Of a stretch of DNA of 64,000 bases, positions 21,546 to 43,689 are shown piece after piece. The notes under the pieces are model-generated. The model did not search any database, had not been told where the DNA came from, and saw only the letters and a list, made by a program, of their open reading frames with translations. The translations under genes and the position numbers were made by a program. Every line of letters begins with the position of its first letter. The first letter of the stretch is position 1. Origin of the DNA: the human T2T-CHM13v2.0 reference genome, Homo sapiens; assembly GCF_009914755.1 (NCBI RefSeq), contig NC_060936.1. One strand, 5' to 3'.

Positions 21546-21902
21546 GTGTTTGTGTGCACTGCAGCCCAGTCGCCTAAACAGCAGACATACATTTTCTCCC
21601 ATTCTGGAGGCTGGAAATCTGAGCTCGAGGTGCCAGGGTTGCTTTCTCCTGAGGCCCCTCGTCTTGGCTTGCAGATGGCCGCCCTCTCCCTGTGTCTTCG
21701 AGTGGTCTTTCCTCTGTTTATCTGGGTCCTGCTCTCCTACTTGCATAAGGACACCAGTCGCATCGGATTAGGGCCCACCGTAAATATCTCATTTCAGCTT
21801 AATCACCTCTGTAAAGACCCTGTCTCCAAATACAGTCCCATTCTGAGGTCCTAGGGTTTAGGGCTTCCACATAAGCCTTTTGGGGGACAGAGTTCAGCCC
21901 AT
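21546..21902 (-). mobile_element. MLT1-family MaLR LTR
   Basis: attctggaggctggaaatctgag..ataaggacaccagtc..ggattagggcccacc..gggggacagagttcagcc motifs. Confidence 0.75.
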
Positions 21903-22670
21903 ATTATTCCCCTTAGGGCTCCTGTGTCTCCATCCACACAAAGTGGGTCAGGGTGTCACACACCAGAGCAGGCAGGCCCAGCCCCACAGGGAACAGCAAA
22001 TTCTCCAGCCAAATGGTTCAACGGCAAGAGATGGGATCCTCCCCGAATTCACCCTCTCCTGCCCGGGGCCAGTTTTCAGGAGGGGACAGGTGCCGTTCTT
22101 TCCACCGTGAGAAAGAACCTCTGACCTACACCTTTCTTAGCACTGCTAGGAGCTCCTCAGGCACGCCAGCTTCTCAGGCATGGCAGTTTTCAGAGCACCT
22201 GCCTGTCAGCTTGTGTTACATGGGAGGTGACTGCTCAGCTTGCAGGGAGTTCCAGGTTGCCACCCTGCAACCCATGAATCTGACAAGAACCACCTCAGCT
22301 GCTCCGACACGCTGGGCACCTGCCGTGTGCTGGGCGCCACGCCGAGGTCTTTACAGGTTCTGCTCTTGAATCCTCTCTTAGTCCCATTTCTCCCACAGCA
22401 GAGAAAACTGAGGCACAGAGAGGTTCAACAGTGTGAGCAGGAAAGTCTCTTCCTCCCAGAATAATTGCTTCCACGCACCCTTTCCTGGGCACTTGGTGGC
22501 ATTTTAAAGGCCTGCTACTCTTTTCTCACAAAAACCTTTCTTTTTCCCTCCATTTGAACAAATTATAGAAATTGCTATATATTATCTGGGCGCGGTGGGT
22601 CACGCCTGTAATCCCAGCACTTTGGGAGGTCAAGGTGGGTGGATCATCTGAGGTCAGGAGTTTGAGATCA

Positions 22671-22910
<240 letters not shown>

Positions 22911-23627
22911 TCACACATACTTTAAATAATTGTAGGTTGAGCACGGTGGATCACACCTGTAATCCCAGTGCTTTGGGAGGCTGAGGCAGGCAGATCACCT
23001 GAGGTTAGAAGTTCGAAACCAGCCTGGCCAACATAGGAAAACCCTGTCTCTACTATTTTACAAAAACTAGCCAGGCTTGGTGGCATGTGTCTGTAATTCC
23101 AGTTACTCAGGAGGCTAAGGCAAGAGAATTGCTTGGACCTGGGATGGGGAGGTTGCAGTGAGCTGAGATGGCGCTAATGCACTGTAGCCCAGGTGACAAA
23201 GCAAGACTCTGTCTCAGGAAAAAAAAATGTAACAGGAAGAGCTGGGCATGTAGCAGCTGCCTGTGGTCCCAGCTACGTGGGAGGCTGAGGTGGGAGGATT
23301 GCTTGAACCCAGGAGTTTGAGACTGCAGTGAGCCGTAATTACCCCCACTGTACTCCAGGCTGGGCAACAGAGCAAGACCCTGTCTCCAAAAAAAAAAAAA
23401 GAGCGTACATTCTGTAATCTATTTATTTACTCATTATTATTATTTTCTGCTATTTCTCGATGTTGCTGGATATGTCCATCGTTGTTTTTGTTGCTGTGGA
23501 ATTGGACTCCATTCTGTGAGCAGATCATGTCTTACTACGCGTCTCTTCCATTGTGCACGTATGTCTGGCCTGCCTGCAGCTTTTTAGTGCAGTGGCGCTC
23601 TGAAGGCACATGTGCAACTGCCTCTCT

Positions 23628-23819
23628 CAGTCAAGGTCCTCAACCTGGAGTGTGCCTCAGCATCACCAGGAGGGCTGTGGAAACAGATTGCTGGGCTCCA
23701 TCCCTGGAGAGTCTGAGGCAGTGGATCTGGATGGGGCCCTGAGAGTCTGCATTTCTGGCAAGCTCCTGGGTGATGCTGCTGCTGCTAGTCCGGGCACCAC
23801 CACACTCTGAGAACCACTG
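23628..23819. mobile_element. MER5A hAT MITE
   Basis: catcacc..gattgctgggctccatccc..ctgcatttct..aagctcctgggtgatgctg..ctctgagaaccactg. Confidence 0.8.
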
Positions 23820-23839
23820 AGCTGGGATGTGTACCGTGA

Positions 23840-24184
<345 letters not shown>

Positions 24185-24298
24185 TAGCCAGGATGGTCTA
24201 GATCTCCTGACCTTGTGATCCGCCCGCCTCGGCCTCCCAAGTGCTGGGATTACAGGCATGAGCCACCACGCCTGGCCACCCTCCTCTTCTTTCTAATG

Positions 24299-25269
<971 letters not shown>

Positions 25270-26278
25270 TAAGGTAAATTAGAGATGGGGGGGGGTCTCA
25301 TTTTGTTGCCCAGGCTGGTCTCGAACTCCTGGGCTAAAGCAGTCCTCCCACCTCAGCCTCCCAAAGTGCTGGGATTATAGGTGTGAGCCACCGTGCCCAG
25401 CCTCTATACTGTTTTTTAGGGCTAAAATGTTGGTGTCCTCACAGGACATCGTGGAGTCAATACTTCTGTTAGAATATTGGACATCGGCCGGGCATGGTGG
25501 CTCATGCTTATAGTCCCAGCACTTTGGGACGCCTAGGCAGGCGGGTCACTTGAGGTCAGCAGTTCGAGACCAGCCTGGCCAGCATGGTGAAACCCCATCT
25601 CTACTAAAAATACAAAAATTAGCTGGGTATGATGGCAGGCGCCTGGAATTCCAGCTACTCAGGAGGCTGAAGCAGGAGAATCTCTTGAACCCAGGAGGCG
25701 AAGGTTGCCTTGAGTCGAGATTGCACCAGTGCACTCCAGCCTGGGTGACAGAGTGAGACCCTGTCTCAAAAAAAAAAAAGAAGAAGAATATTGGATGTGG
25801 ATGTCAACAGGAGTCTTGAACACTTACCATGTGCTCAAAGCATTTCACGTGAATATCCCATGTAAAGCTCGCAATAACCAGATGAAGTAGGTACTGTTAT
25901 CTCCATTGTTAGTGGAAACCCTGCAGCCCCAGAGAGCTTATGAATATATATAATATGCTCATGGACACCCAGCTAGTAAGAGGCAGAGCTGGGATTTGAA
26001 CCCATGCAGTCGACAGCCTGGCTTGTGCTTTCTCAGCCACAGTGCCACCTCTGAGGTTATTGGCATTTTCTACTCTCCTGGTCCCTGATTCAGCCCTGCT
26101 CTTATCTCCTCTGTCCTGTAGGAACCATCCAGTCAGGATATCCAGTTTAAAATGCTGTAGCCGGCCAGGCATGGTGGCTCATGCCTGTAATCCCAGCACT
26201 TTGGGAAGCTGAGATGGGTGGATCACAAGGTGAAGAGATCGAGACCATCCTGGCCAACATGGAGAAACCCCATCTCTA

Positions 26279-26449
<171 letters not shown>

Positions 26450-26452
26450 TTA

Positions 26453-28112
<1,660 letters not shown>

Positions 28113-28200
28113 AGGTATAAACTCCCAAGCTCCCCAGTTCACTGCTTGACTGATGGAGGAAAACAGTGATTGGGTGATGACCGTTTTCTTGTTTCTGCAG

Positions 28201-28303
28201 TTCTTGGCCAGGCTGACTGAGAGATTTGTGCTGGGAGTGGATATGTTCGTGGAGACACTGTGGAAAGTCTGGACCGAGCTCTTGGATGTTCTTGGACTTG
28301 ACG
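28201..28303 (+). CDS. BRI3BP: BRI3BP coding exon 2
   Basis: Acceptor ttttcttgtttctgcag|. Encodes FLARLTERFVLGVDMFVETLWKVWTELLDVLGLD. Donor ACG|GTAGGT. 103 nt, phase 0 to 1. Confidence 0.97.
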
Positions 28304-28416
28304 GTAGGTGTAGGGGTGGCATTCACGTAAGGTGTCATTCTATTTTGGTGGTTCTCATAGTGTGGAACTGGTACTCACAGTGAGTAATACATGAGAAGGT
28401 TGCGGAGGGCTGGTCA

Positions 28417-28755
<339 letters not shown>

Positions 28756-29999
28756 TCATAAAAATAAAAAACAAATGGCCCATCAAAGCTGAGATTTCCC
28801 AGATGCCACTTAGGATAAGGTGCGACTGGGTAGTGCCAATTTGTGTGCAAAACACATGGACCAGAGGTATAGTGCTCTGGCTTACTGGCATCCGTGCAAG
28901 AAATGACTAGTTATTTAGGCAGAAGGGGATTTCATGAGACAGAGACACTCACAGAACCATCAGAAAGGCTGAGGAAGAGATGCATGGCCTCAGACACTGC
29001 CGAACAGGCTGTCCAGGGTTGCAGCTGTTGAAACCGTTGAGTTCGAAGTCACACAACTGTAGTATAATTTGAGGACCAGGAGGCCACTGCTGCCGCCACA
29101 ACAACTAGACTTTGCATGTGGGTGCAGGGACCCTTGCCATTTCTGGAACCATGCATATCAGCTGCAACACTTCACTTAATTTCCAAAGTCGTGTGTGTAT
29201 GGGGGAACTGCCAGGTGGAACTTACTTTCTGTCCAGTCCCTAGCTGCGAGGGAGGCAGGCTAATGCGGTTCTTAGCTCTCCAGCTTCTGCCATCCAGGAA
29301 GGCAGCCTGGGAGCAGGTGTCACCTGATGCTGCACCAGCCCATCCACCATACCCACCGCACAGGGCAAGAATTGCCAGGGGAGCTGGCCCCTGGTTTTGT
29401 GGGCTAGGGGAGGAGGGTAGTCCAGTTTGATAGTGCAGTGCTAGTCACACGTTTATAATCAGGAAGAGAACATTGGTGAGGCACGGCCCCTCCCTTTCTA
29501 CATGTGGGAGGGGGCACTGATACTGGTCTTGGCGGATGGCAAGGCAGCAACGGTCATGGTAACTGAGCTGGGCACTCCTAGTCCAGTCCTGCAGCCTGTG
29601 CTACCCCCAGCCTTACACTCCCCTTCCCAGGTGGCTCTGCCCCACCTCCACCTGCATTCCATCGGTGGGTGACAGGAGCTAACCCGGGCAGAGTGCCCAG
29701 GGTGTACAGCTTTTATACCCAGAGGAGACCTTGTCCCTTACCGCCTTAAGAGCTTCAGAGGCATCCCATGCTCTCAGGATGAAGTAACCTTCCCGTTTTC
29801 TCTACCGTGCCCCATGGTGTGCCAGGTAAACAGGGATCTCCTAGCTGCCCCCGCTCCACTGCTCTCCTTCTGTCCACAAGGTGGAGGCCGCTCTTCCCCT
29901 GGGCCTTTCCAGAGGAAATTCCCCAGCTGGGCTCTTTCCAGCCCCACCGCCCTGGTCCCTGGTCCCAGCTGCCACCTGTCTCACGGGAAGGTCTGCAGT

Positions 30000-30372
30000 T
30001 GCTGCATGTGGCAGGGTTCCTAAGACCATCTACAGGCTCACCGGTTCCCTAGGAGCACTGGCAGGACTCAGCATATAGTTGTCCTCACAGCCGTGATTTA
30101 TTGTGACGGAAGGACGCAAACACCATCAGCAAAGGGAAAAGGTGCGCGAATTCCCGGGCAGGCCAGGCCCAAGCTTCAGAGTTCTCTCCCTGTGGAGTCA
30201 TACGGGACACACTTAATTCCCCCAGCAGAGGGTGCCCACCAAGGACTCCCTGCCCAGGCTTTTTACTGGGGGCTGGTCATGTAGTCACCCTCTGCTTGAC
30301 ACGTGTCAAAATTCTAGACTCCCAGAGGGAACGCAGGTGTTGTCATAAACCACATCATTTGTGTCAACAGCC
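30000..30372. mobile_element. MER21-family LTR fragment
   Basis: aggactcagcatatagttgt..gatttatt..atcagcaaagggaaaagg..ttttactgggggctggtcatgtag. Confidence 0.65.
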
Positions 30373-30782
30373 TAGGCCTGGCGTCTCCAGGCTGCACTCT
30401 GGCCCCAGCTCTGCACCTGGCACAAAGAGACCCTTTTTGTTTATTTTTGTTTAGGATCTCACTCTGTTGCCCAGGCTGGAGTGCAGTGGCTCAATCACAG
30501 CTCACTACAGCCTCAACTTCCTGGGCTCGTGATCCTCCCACCTCAGCCTCCCGAGTAGCTGGGACCACAGGCCCATGCTACCACACCTGGCTAATTTTTG
30601 AATTTTCTGTAGAGACAGGGTCTTACCATGTTGCCCAGGCTGGTCTCAAACTCTTGGGCTCAAACCATTCTACTGTTTCAGCCTCCCAAAGTGCTGAGAT
30701 TGTAGGCGTGAGCCACCACACCCAGCCCACCCTTGGTTAATAAGAGCAGGAGGGCTGTGGGTCCCACTGCTTAGCCAGTCAT

Positions 30783-31230
30783 GTGGGCTGAAATGTGCTC
30801 CTCAAGAATATGTGTTCCAGTCCTAATCCTGGACCTGTGAGTGAGCCCTTGTTTGGGAGTGGGGTCTGCAGATGTGATAAAGTTAAATGAGATCGTCTTG
30901 GATTAGGGTGGACCCTCAGTGTAATGATTGCTGTCCTTATAAGAAGTGGGGAATTTGGACACAGAAACACCAAGAAACATAGGGAGAAGACGGCCATGCG
31001 AAATGAGAAACAGGGACTGGAGGGACGGAGCCACAAGCCAAGGAACACTGGGACCACCAGAAGCTGGAAGAGGCGAGGAAGGATCCTCCCTTGAACTTTC
31101 AGAGGGAGTGTGGCCCCACCAAGACCTTGATTTCAGACTTCCAGCCTCCAGAACCGCAAGTGGATGAATTTCTGTTGTAAACCACCCAGTTTGTAGTGGT
31201 TTGTTGCGGCAGTCACGGGAAACCATTATA
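30783..31230 (+). mobile_element. MLT1C/B-type MaLR LTR
   Basis: tgtgggctgaa start; ggattagggtggaccc, ttcagacttccagcctccagaac, ggaaac end. Confidence 0.8.
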
Positions 31231-32064
31231 CCATAGCCCTGTTACATGCGGAATCTCTCAGCACCGCCCATCGGTGCTTGACACCCAGAGATGGGGGAGT
31301 GGGGTCCACTGGCCATGATGGGCACACTGGTTCATACCTGTTGACACCCCAGGCCATTCAGAAACGTCTCCAGCCTTAATTCATTGAGTTCAACCTTTAA
31401 GAGGCCTTAGGCCAACTCAGTCACCTCACTGCTCAGACAAAGAATCAGAGGCGTCAGCATAGCCAGAGGACACTGTGCACCTGGCAGCCCCCTGGGGCCA
31501 CTCATGGCCCCTCCAGGGACTTGGCAGAGTTAACGCACCCTCCCCCAGATGCAGCCACCGCGTGCAATCCTCTTAGCTTCCGTATCCACCACCTGCCCGG
31601 ATTGTCAAACTCTGTGTTTTCGTCGCCACCCATTGAACCCTGGAGAAACAAACCTGATTGCAGAAAATCGCACGCAGCTTGGAATGAAAAACTACAGAGT
31701 AGGAACAGCCTCCTAATCATATGGAAGAAGCCCAGAATAGAGGCATCGGCAGCGGATCCACGAGCCCTGAATGCCTGCATTCATCAGGGGAGCAGCTGGC
31801 GCGTTCTGGAGGCGAAACGAGCTTGCTTCCGTGTCAAAGCTTTTCTAGTTCTGTTTGATGCGTAAGCTTCAAGGCATCCGAAGGCCTTTGGAATTCGTGT
31901 CTTATGCGTAGAAGTTTGAGTGCAAAATGCTTTACAGGAAGCCATACACCAACGTTGGATATTCTGGTAAAAAAGGTTTCTGTGAGCACAATTCTATAAT
32001 TTCTTTCTTCAGTGTTTTTTTTTTTTTTTGAGTCTGGTTAAAATGGGAACTCTGTAGCCCCGAA

Positions 32065-33325
<1,261 letters not shown>

Positions 33326-33938
33326 TTTGTCCCCATTCTAGATCTGCTGGCACAGAGCACATGTCCAGGAGTTGGAAGGATGGCTTAGAAGGATGGATTT
33401 AAGGCTCATGTCTTCATCGTGTTGCTTACCCCTCTGAAGCTGCTGAGGCCACTTCCAACAAAGTTTCCAGTAAACTGGGGAAAATAGGAATCGTGCTTCA
33501 GTGATGCGTCGGCACAGGGCAGGGGTTGTGTGGCTCCGGAAACTGGATCCCCTGGTTCCAAATCCCAGCTCTGCCCTGTCCTAGCTGTGGGACCCTGGGC
33601 AAGGAGTCCTTGTGTGGAAAATGCTGTTTACCCTATCAGCGAGTCATGAGGACTGGATGACTGTGTATGTAGGGTGGTGGGATGGCGCCCAGCCCATGGT
33701 CGGTATTCAGTAAACACTCGGGGGCTTACAAAGGGGCCCTCCTTCAAAATGTACATCACTGTGCAGTTCTGGGACCTGCCAATCTCACTTCTCCACACTG
33801 AGGGGCGGCTGGCCAGCTGCACCCAGAGCCAGCTTCCCCTGCTGCAGCCATCAGGACTTGACAGGTGTGCAGGTGTAAACCCAACCCACGCTGAGGAACA
33901 AGTTGGCCACCAAAACATTCACTTTGCTTGAACAGTGC

Positions 33939-34880
<942 letters not shown>

Positions 34881-35307
34881 ACGGTGCCCCTTTGCTGTCA
34901 GAACGTGCAGGGCCACTCGTGTTTTCTTTAGGATTTTCAGGGCCTCGGAGTGACGTTGCTTTGGACCACCCTTCCTTGGTTTAAAGGACAGCTTTCACTG
35001 AAGTCACCGAGAGGTGGAAGGCAGGGGTGGCATTCTCGTCTCTGGGCATCTTTCCTGGCTGATCACTATCTTGGCCCCTTGATGACACGATGCTTCTCAA
35101 AGTATGCTCAGAGGAACCCCAGGAGGTCCCTGAGACCCTTTTGGTTAGGAGGGGTGACTGTGAGTTCCTCTCTTCTCCCGTAACATGTCTCTGAGGTCAG
35201 GGATTCAGTACGTACTTTAATACTTCCATATATATTGATGCCACGTTAAGATGATGACATTTTAGATAGATTGGATTAAACAAAATATCTTATTAACATT
35301 AATTCCA

Positions 35308-35359
<52 letters not shown>

Positions 35360-35576
35360 GAGTACTTGAAAATTTTCAGTGACAAACATGGCTCACATTT
35401 GTGGCTGGTGTTCTGTTCCTCTGAATTCAAAACCAGATTTGGGGGCCAGGTCTCCTCTAAATAGCTAGATAGGAAAGAGACTGGCAAACATTCAAAGCAC
35501 TGCCACTGTTCTCAGAGTGGTTTGTTCTGCTTTAGAAACAGTTGCTTTTTGTGAAAAATATTTTGTGTTAACCTAT

Positions 35577-36227
35577 TGTCTTGGTCAGTTCAGGCTGCTA
35601 TAACAAAATTCCATAGACTGTGTGGCTTATCAACAACAGACTTTTTTTTTTTTTTTTTTTTTTTGAGATGGAGTCTCTCTCTGTTGCCCAGGCTGGAGTG
35701 CAGTGGCGCAACCTCAGCCTCCCGGGTTCCAGTGATTCTCCTGCCTCAGCCTCCTGAGTAGCTGGGATTACAGGCATGCACCACTATGCCCGGCTAATTT
35801 TGTATTTTTTTTAATAGAGACAAGGTTTCGCCATATTGGTCAGGCTGGTCTCGAACTCCTGACTTCAGATGATCTGCCCACCTTGGCCTCCCAAAGAGCT
35901 GGGATTACAGGCATGAGCCACCGTGCCCGGCCTAACAGACATTTTCATTTCTTACAGTTTGGAGGCAGGAAGTCCAAAATGAAGGCACTGGCAGATGCAG
36001 GCTGTGGGGAGAGCCCTTTCTTGTAGACGATGCCTCACTGTGTCTCACATGAAGGAACAAGGCGGTTCTCTGGGACCTCTTTATAAGGGCACTAAACCCA
36101 TTCATGGGGGCTCCACCCCTACGACCTGATCACCTCCCCAGGACCCCACCTCCTAAGACCATCACTTTTGGGGTTAGGATTTCAACATAGGAATTTTGTG
36201 GGGGACACAAATACTCAAAGCCTAGCA
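35577..36227 (-). mobile_element. MLT1A/MST-type MaLR LTR interrupted by an Alu
   Basis: tgtcttggtcagttcaggctgctataacaaaattccatagactg ... ttataagggcactaa..ccattcatggggg. Confidence 0.75.
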
Positions 36228-37087
36228 TCTGTAATGGGTTGTTATTTGAAAATGAGTTAATGATAGCAATGTTTTTAAATTATTAACAATGGCTGGACAC
36301 AGTGGCTCATCTGGTAATCCCAGCACTTTGGGAGGTTGAGGCAGATGGATTGCTTAAGCCCAGGAGTTTGAGACCATCCTTGGCAACACAGTGAGACCCT
36401 GTATCTACAAAAAATCAAAACATTAGCTTGGTGGTGCATGCTTGTAGTCTCAGCTACTTGGGAGGCTGAGGTGAGAGGATCGCTTGAGCCCAGGAGGTAG
36501 AGGTTGCAATGAGCTAAGATCATGCTACTGAAGTCTAGCCTGGGCTACAGAGCAAGACTCTGTCTCAAATAAATAAATAAATAATAAAATTTAAAAGATA
36601 ATTAACAACTAATTAAAAACTACCTAATTTTCTGCTATGGAAAATATATCAGTTAGGTAGAACCCACATAAACGAAAGCTCTGGGGACGCTTCAATAATA
36701 CTGAAGAGTGCAAACGGTCTTGAGACTGAGAGGTCTGGGAAACACTGGTTTAGCCTCCAGTCTGCAGGGGACAGGTGTGAAAGTCAGCTCCCAAGTCAAC
36801 CACATTTAGTCAAAATGCTCACGATGCCTCAGGAAGGCACAGTGTAGCAAACACACTCTGGCTTCTGGGGAGTCCTGGTGACCCCAAGCCTTTAGTCCCA
36901 GAGATGGCTGCTGTTTACAGTGTTGGACTCTAGACACTGGCCAGCTGTGCGGAGTCTGATCATTTTGGGGAACTATGAGATGTTCACGCCGTAGGTGTCG
37001 TTATTGACCGGAGGAGCTCCAGGGTTGAGGCTTCCCATCTCAGGCCTGCTCTGGATTTGCGCTTGCCCACTCCAGATCGTTGTGTCA

Positions 37088-37806
<719 letters not shown>

Positions 37807-38192
37807 CTACTGAATCAGATGTCCTGGGGGTGGGGCCCAGCAACCTGTTTTCCTAAGCCCTCCAGGGGATTCCTGGAGGAATCACACAAGTTTGAGAACT
37901 GCTTGTGTGAGAAGGCTTAGGATATAACTCTCCTTGAACTCATTAAACAACACTGTCAGGAAACAAACAATTGCAGCATGTGGGACCTCCTGCAAGAAAA
38001 CCATCCTGGAAAAATTAGACTTCAGAATTTCAGTGTTTCTAAAATGTCATGGGTCTCTTCTCAATTAATGGAGACTAAAGTGATGGCAAATGCTGAACGT
38101 GAACTGTCGCTGGGTCCTGGTGAGGGTTGGGAGGAAACAGCTATTCCTGGATAACTGAGAAATTCAAGTGATGTTATAGAAATTGTTAATTT

Positions 38193-38223
<31 letters not shown>

Positions 38224-39454
38224 TTTTTTTTTTTTTTTGAGACAGAGCCTCACTGTTTCTCAGGTTGGAGTGCAGTGGCGCCATCGGCTCACTGCAACCT
38301 CTGCCTCTCTGGGTTCAAGCGATTCTCGTGCCTCAGCCTCCCAAGTAGCTTGGATTACAGGTGTGCGCCACCACGCCCAGCTAATTTTTATATTTTTAGT
38401 AGAGATGGGGTTTCACCATGTTGGCCAGGCTGGTCTCAAACTCCTGATCTCAGGTGATCCACCTACCTTGGCCTCCCAAATGCTGGCATGAGCCACCGTG
38501 CCCAGCCTGGAATTGTTAATATTCTTAGAATGATGATAGTATCATGGTTTTGAGGTGAATGATGTCTTTATTCTTAGATGTATGATGAAGTATGATGTGT
38601 ACATCTTTCAAATGGGTTAATCTAAAAAGTATGTAAATAGAGAATGCAACATTCAGAATTTTTAATAATTGTTCAGTCTAGTTGGTTTCAAAAGGAATAT
38701 TCTACTGTTCTTTTAACTTTTTTGTTTGAATTTCTTCAAGTCAGGCACACAGAAGATGCTACTCTTACATTTCACTGCATTCTTGAGATGGAACTTCGTG
38801 TGTGGGTACCAGTTAGGATCAGGTTTGGCTGAAACAGAAATCCAACATAACATTGGCTTAACCAAGATGGACACCTATTTCCCTCTTATATGAAAGTTCT
38901 CAGGGAGGTGGTGAGGCGGGTTTGATGGCTCTGATGCATGTGGTGCTCTGGACCAAAGCACCTTCCATTTTATTGTTCCTCCATGAGTGCCTTCCCTGAC
39001 CTCATGTTCCAAAATGGCTGCTCCAGTTCCAGCCATTGTATCCATGTTCCAGCAGGCAGAAGAGGTAAAGGACACATTCCTGCTACTTTTAGGGAACACA
39101 TGGCCAAAGCTTAGTTATGTAGCTGCAAGAGAGGCTAGGAAATGCTTTAATCCTAGGTAGTTGTGTGCCCAGCCTGAAGGTGGGCATTTGTTACTATGGA
39201 AATTGAAGGACAATTTGCAGGCTATGCCCCACTTCCAGAGGTGTTTTAGTAAAAGGTGAAAGTTGTCTTTTGAGACAAAGTCTTACTCTGTCACACAGGC
39301 TGGAGTACAGTGGCACATTATGGCTCACTGCAGCCTCTACCTCCCAGCCTCAAGTGATCCTCCCACCTCAGCCTCCTGAGTAGCTGGGACTACAGGTGTG
39401 TGCTACCACACCTGTCTAATTTTTTTAAAATTTGTGTTCTCTAGAGATTGGGTC

Positions 39455-40106
<652 letters not shown>

Positions 40107-40343
40107 GGGTCTCACTATGTTGCCCAGGCTAAAGGTGAAAGATGTATATGATTTGAAGAGAAACCAGTGTATGGAGAGGTTTTTAAAACTCAACATGGCA
40201 GGTCGTCTTAAAGGGCTTCCCTGGCTGGGCATGGTGGCTCATGCCTGTAATCCCAGCACTTTGGGAGGCCGAGGCAGGTGGATCACCTGAGGTCAGGAGT
40301 TCAAGACCAGCCTGATTAACATGGAGAAACCCCGTCTCTACTA

Positions 40344-40598
<255 letters not shown>

Positions 40599-40695
40599 TT
40601 AAGCCCCACAGGCCAGCTCAACTATCCAATTCTAGCTTGTTAAGAAACCCCTGGCCCCTGTGTAACGAGCCCTGTTCCTCTTTTCTGTCCCGCAG

Positions 40696-41135
40696 TCTCC
40701 AACCTGTCCCAGTATTTCAGCCCAGCCTCGGTGTCCAGCAGCCCGGCCCGCGCGCTCCTGCTGGTCGGCGTCGTCCTCCTGGCCTACTGGTTCTTGTCCC
40801 TGACCCTGGGCTTCACTTTCAGCGTCCTGCACGTGGTGTTCGGCCGCTTCTTCTGGATCGTGCGGGTCGTCCTGTTTTCCATGTCCTGCGTGTACATCCT
40901 GCACAAGTACGAGGGCGAGCCGGAGAACGCGGTGCTGCCGCTGTGCTTCGTGGTGGCCGTCTACTTCATGACCGGGCCCATGGGCTTCTACTGGCGAAGC
41001 AGTCCCAGCGGCCCCAGCAACCCCAGCAACCCCAGCGTGGAGGAGAAGCTGGAGCACCTGGAGAAGCAGGTCAGACTGCTCAACATCCGTCTCAACCGGG
41101 TGCTCGAGAGCCTGGACCGCTCCAAGGACAAGTGA
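40696..41135 (+). CDS. BRI3BP: BRI3BP coding exon 3 (hydrophobic TM segments and C-terminal coiled coil)
   Basis: Acceptor ctcttttctgtcccgcag|. Encodes (V)SNLSQYFSPAS...LESLDRSKDK-TGA. 213+103+440=756 nt = 251 aa + stop. Confidence 0.97.
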
Positions 41136-41484
41136 AGGTCAGCCGGCCGGGCGGGTCCACAGTTACCAGCACGCTGTCTCAGAAAACGAAAACGGAGGAA
41201 AAAAACCCCAAACCCCAAACAATCTTAATAAACACGACTGAGCAAGAAAGTGGCGCTGTGTAAGGCTATTTCCACCCACCCGGCAGCTCTTAGGACACAT
41301 TCCCAGAAGAGCGGAAAGATCATTGACGTGGAACTACACACGAAGTGTAATTAGTGGGGGAAAAAATATTTTTTAAACAAAGGATATAACCATATTTAGT
41401 TGTACAGTAAGAGAAATTTATCTGTGCATAGAGCATAAAGTTAATTTTTTCAAGCATTTAAATACATCTTTTGTAAGGTTTTTT

Positions 41485-41515
41485 AATAAAGGCAGATTGA
41501 GTCAAGTTTATTAAA
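41485..41515 (+). terminator. BRI3BP: Proximal poly(A) signals (AATAAA 41485-41490, ATTAAA 41510-41515; a further AATAAA at 41227-41232)
   Basis: Canonical hexamers with upstream TGTA motifs. Confidence 0.55.
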
Positions 41516-42303
41516 ACTTTACATGGAGGGGAAGAATATGCTAATTTGACATTTGAGAAAAGTTTAAATGCGAGCGTTTGTTTTCACAGCTTAGGGATTG
41601 GTGGGTGAGGTCTGTGTGCGTTATTTTCATGTTCCCAAACTGTGAGCTTTATTTCATGTTATTTTTGGTGGATGTTGACTTAGTTCATGAATGTTGTCAC
41701 TTCTAAATGTGGACAGTTGGGCTGCAGGATGCAACTCAACCTCTTTTGGATCCTAGAGACCCCTGCCAAGCCCCCATCAGTCCTATTTTTAAATGAAGAC
41801 ATCGCCATTTCTAGAAGACCTGAGATTTTCTTCCCTCTGTGCTTCGATGTATTTTAACCTCAACATTTTGAAACGGAAAATGCAAGGAGGGGCCAAGAAA
41901 TGTCCTGGGGATTTGATGCCAGGAAGTACCTGGTAAGGATTGGAGATTGCTCCAGAATCTACTGCATGTCCCAATTTGCAGTTTGCTCACTAGGGCTATA
42001 TACAAAAGCTATACCCTTGAGGGTTTTTTTTTTTTCTTTTGATTTCCTCAGGACCTTAGAGGGAAAACAAACAGTAGCAGCTAATATTCTCAAGTATATT
42101 GCTGCTTAGAAAGATCCTCAGGAACAATTAGCAGCAATAAGCAAGCCTTTGAAAAGATCTGAATTCTTTTTCCTGAAATATTTACGATACACAGGTGCTT
42201 TTTATCTGAAATCTGTTGTGTCCTCCTTTTAGGCAGTCTCTGTGGGCAGAGAGTGGGACTTGCGAGGTGGACAGCTGTGGGGATCCTGGGCAAGGGAGTT
42301 TCA

Positions 42304-42670
<367 letters not shown>

Positions 42671-43017
42671 GCCCAGCATTTTGCAGCTTTGAAGCTGCTG
42701 GGGATCACGACTGTCTCTGTGGCCCTTACCTGGCCACAGATGTACCCTGGCAACCCGCTCACAGTGCCCTGCGTGCAGGTTTATAGATAACCCCTGCCAG
42801 ACCTGCTACAACCAAGACCTTATGGTCCAGGTCTCAGTTTGGAGAAGATTTAGCTGTCTACCACTTCTTGTGTAGTGTTCCTGTGAAGTTTTATTTTTGG
42901 TTGCAAGTATCTGGAAAACAGATGCAGATGTTTTTGTGGATGTTGTTGAGACTTTTGAGACTTCTGTTTCTAAGGTACACATGATGGGACCCAAACTCTC
43001 CTGGAGAGTTCCATTCA

Positions 43018-43689
<672 letters not shown>

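Noticed and set aside
31745-31900. Cluster of BamHI/HindIII/StuI/EcoRI sites suggesting vector sequence
   Set aside because: Sites are dispersed, with no polylinker order or recognisable vector or primer sequence.
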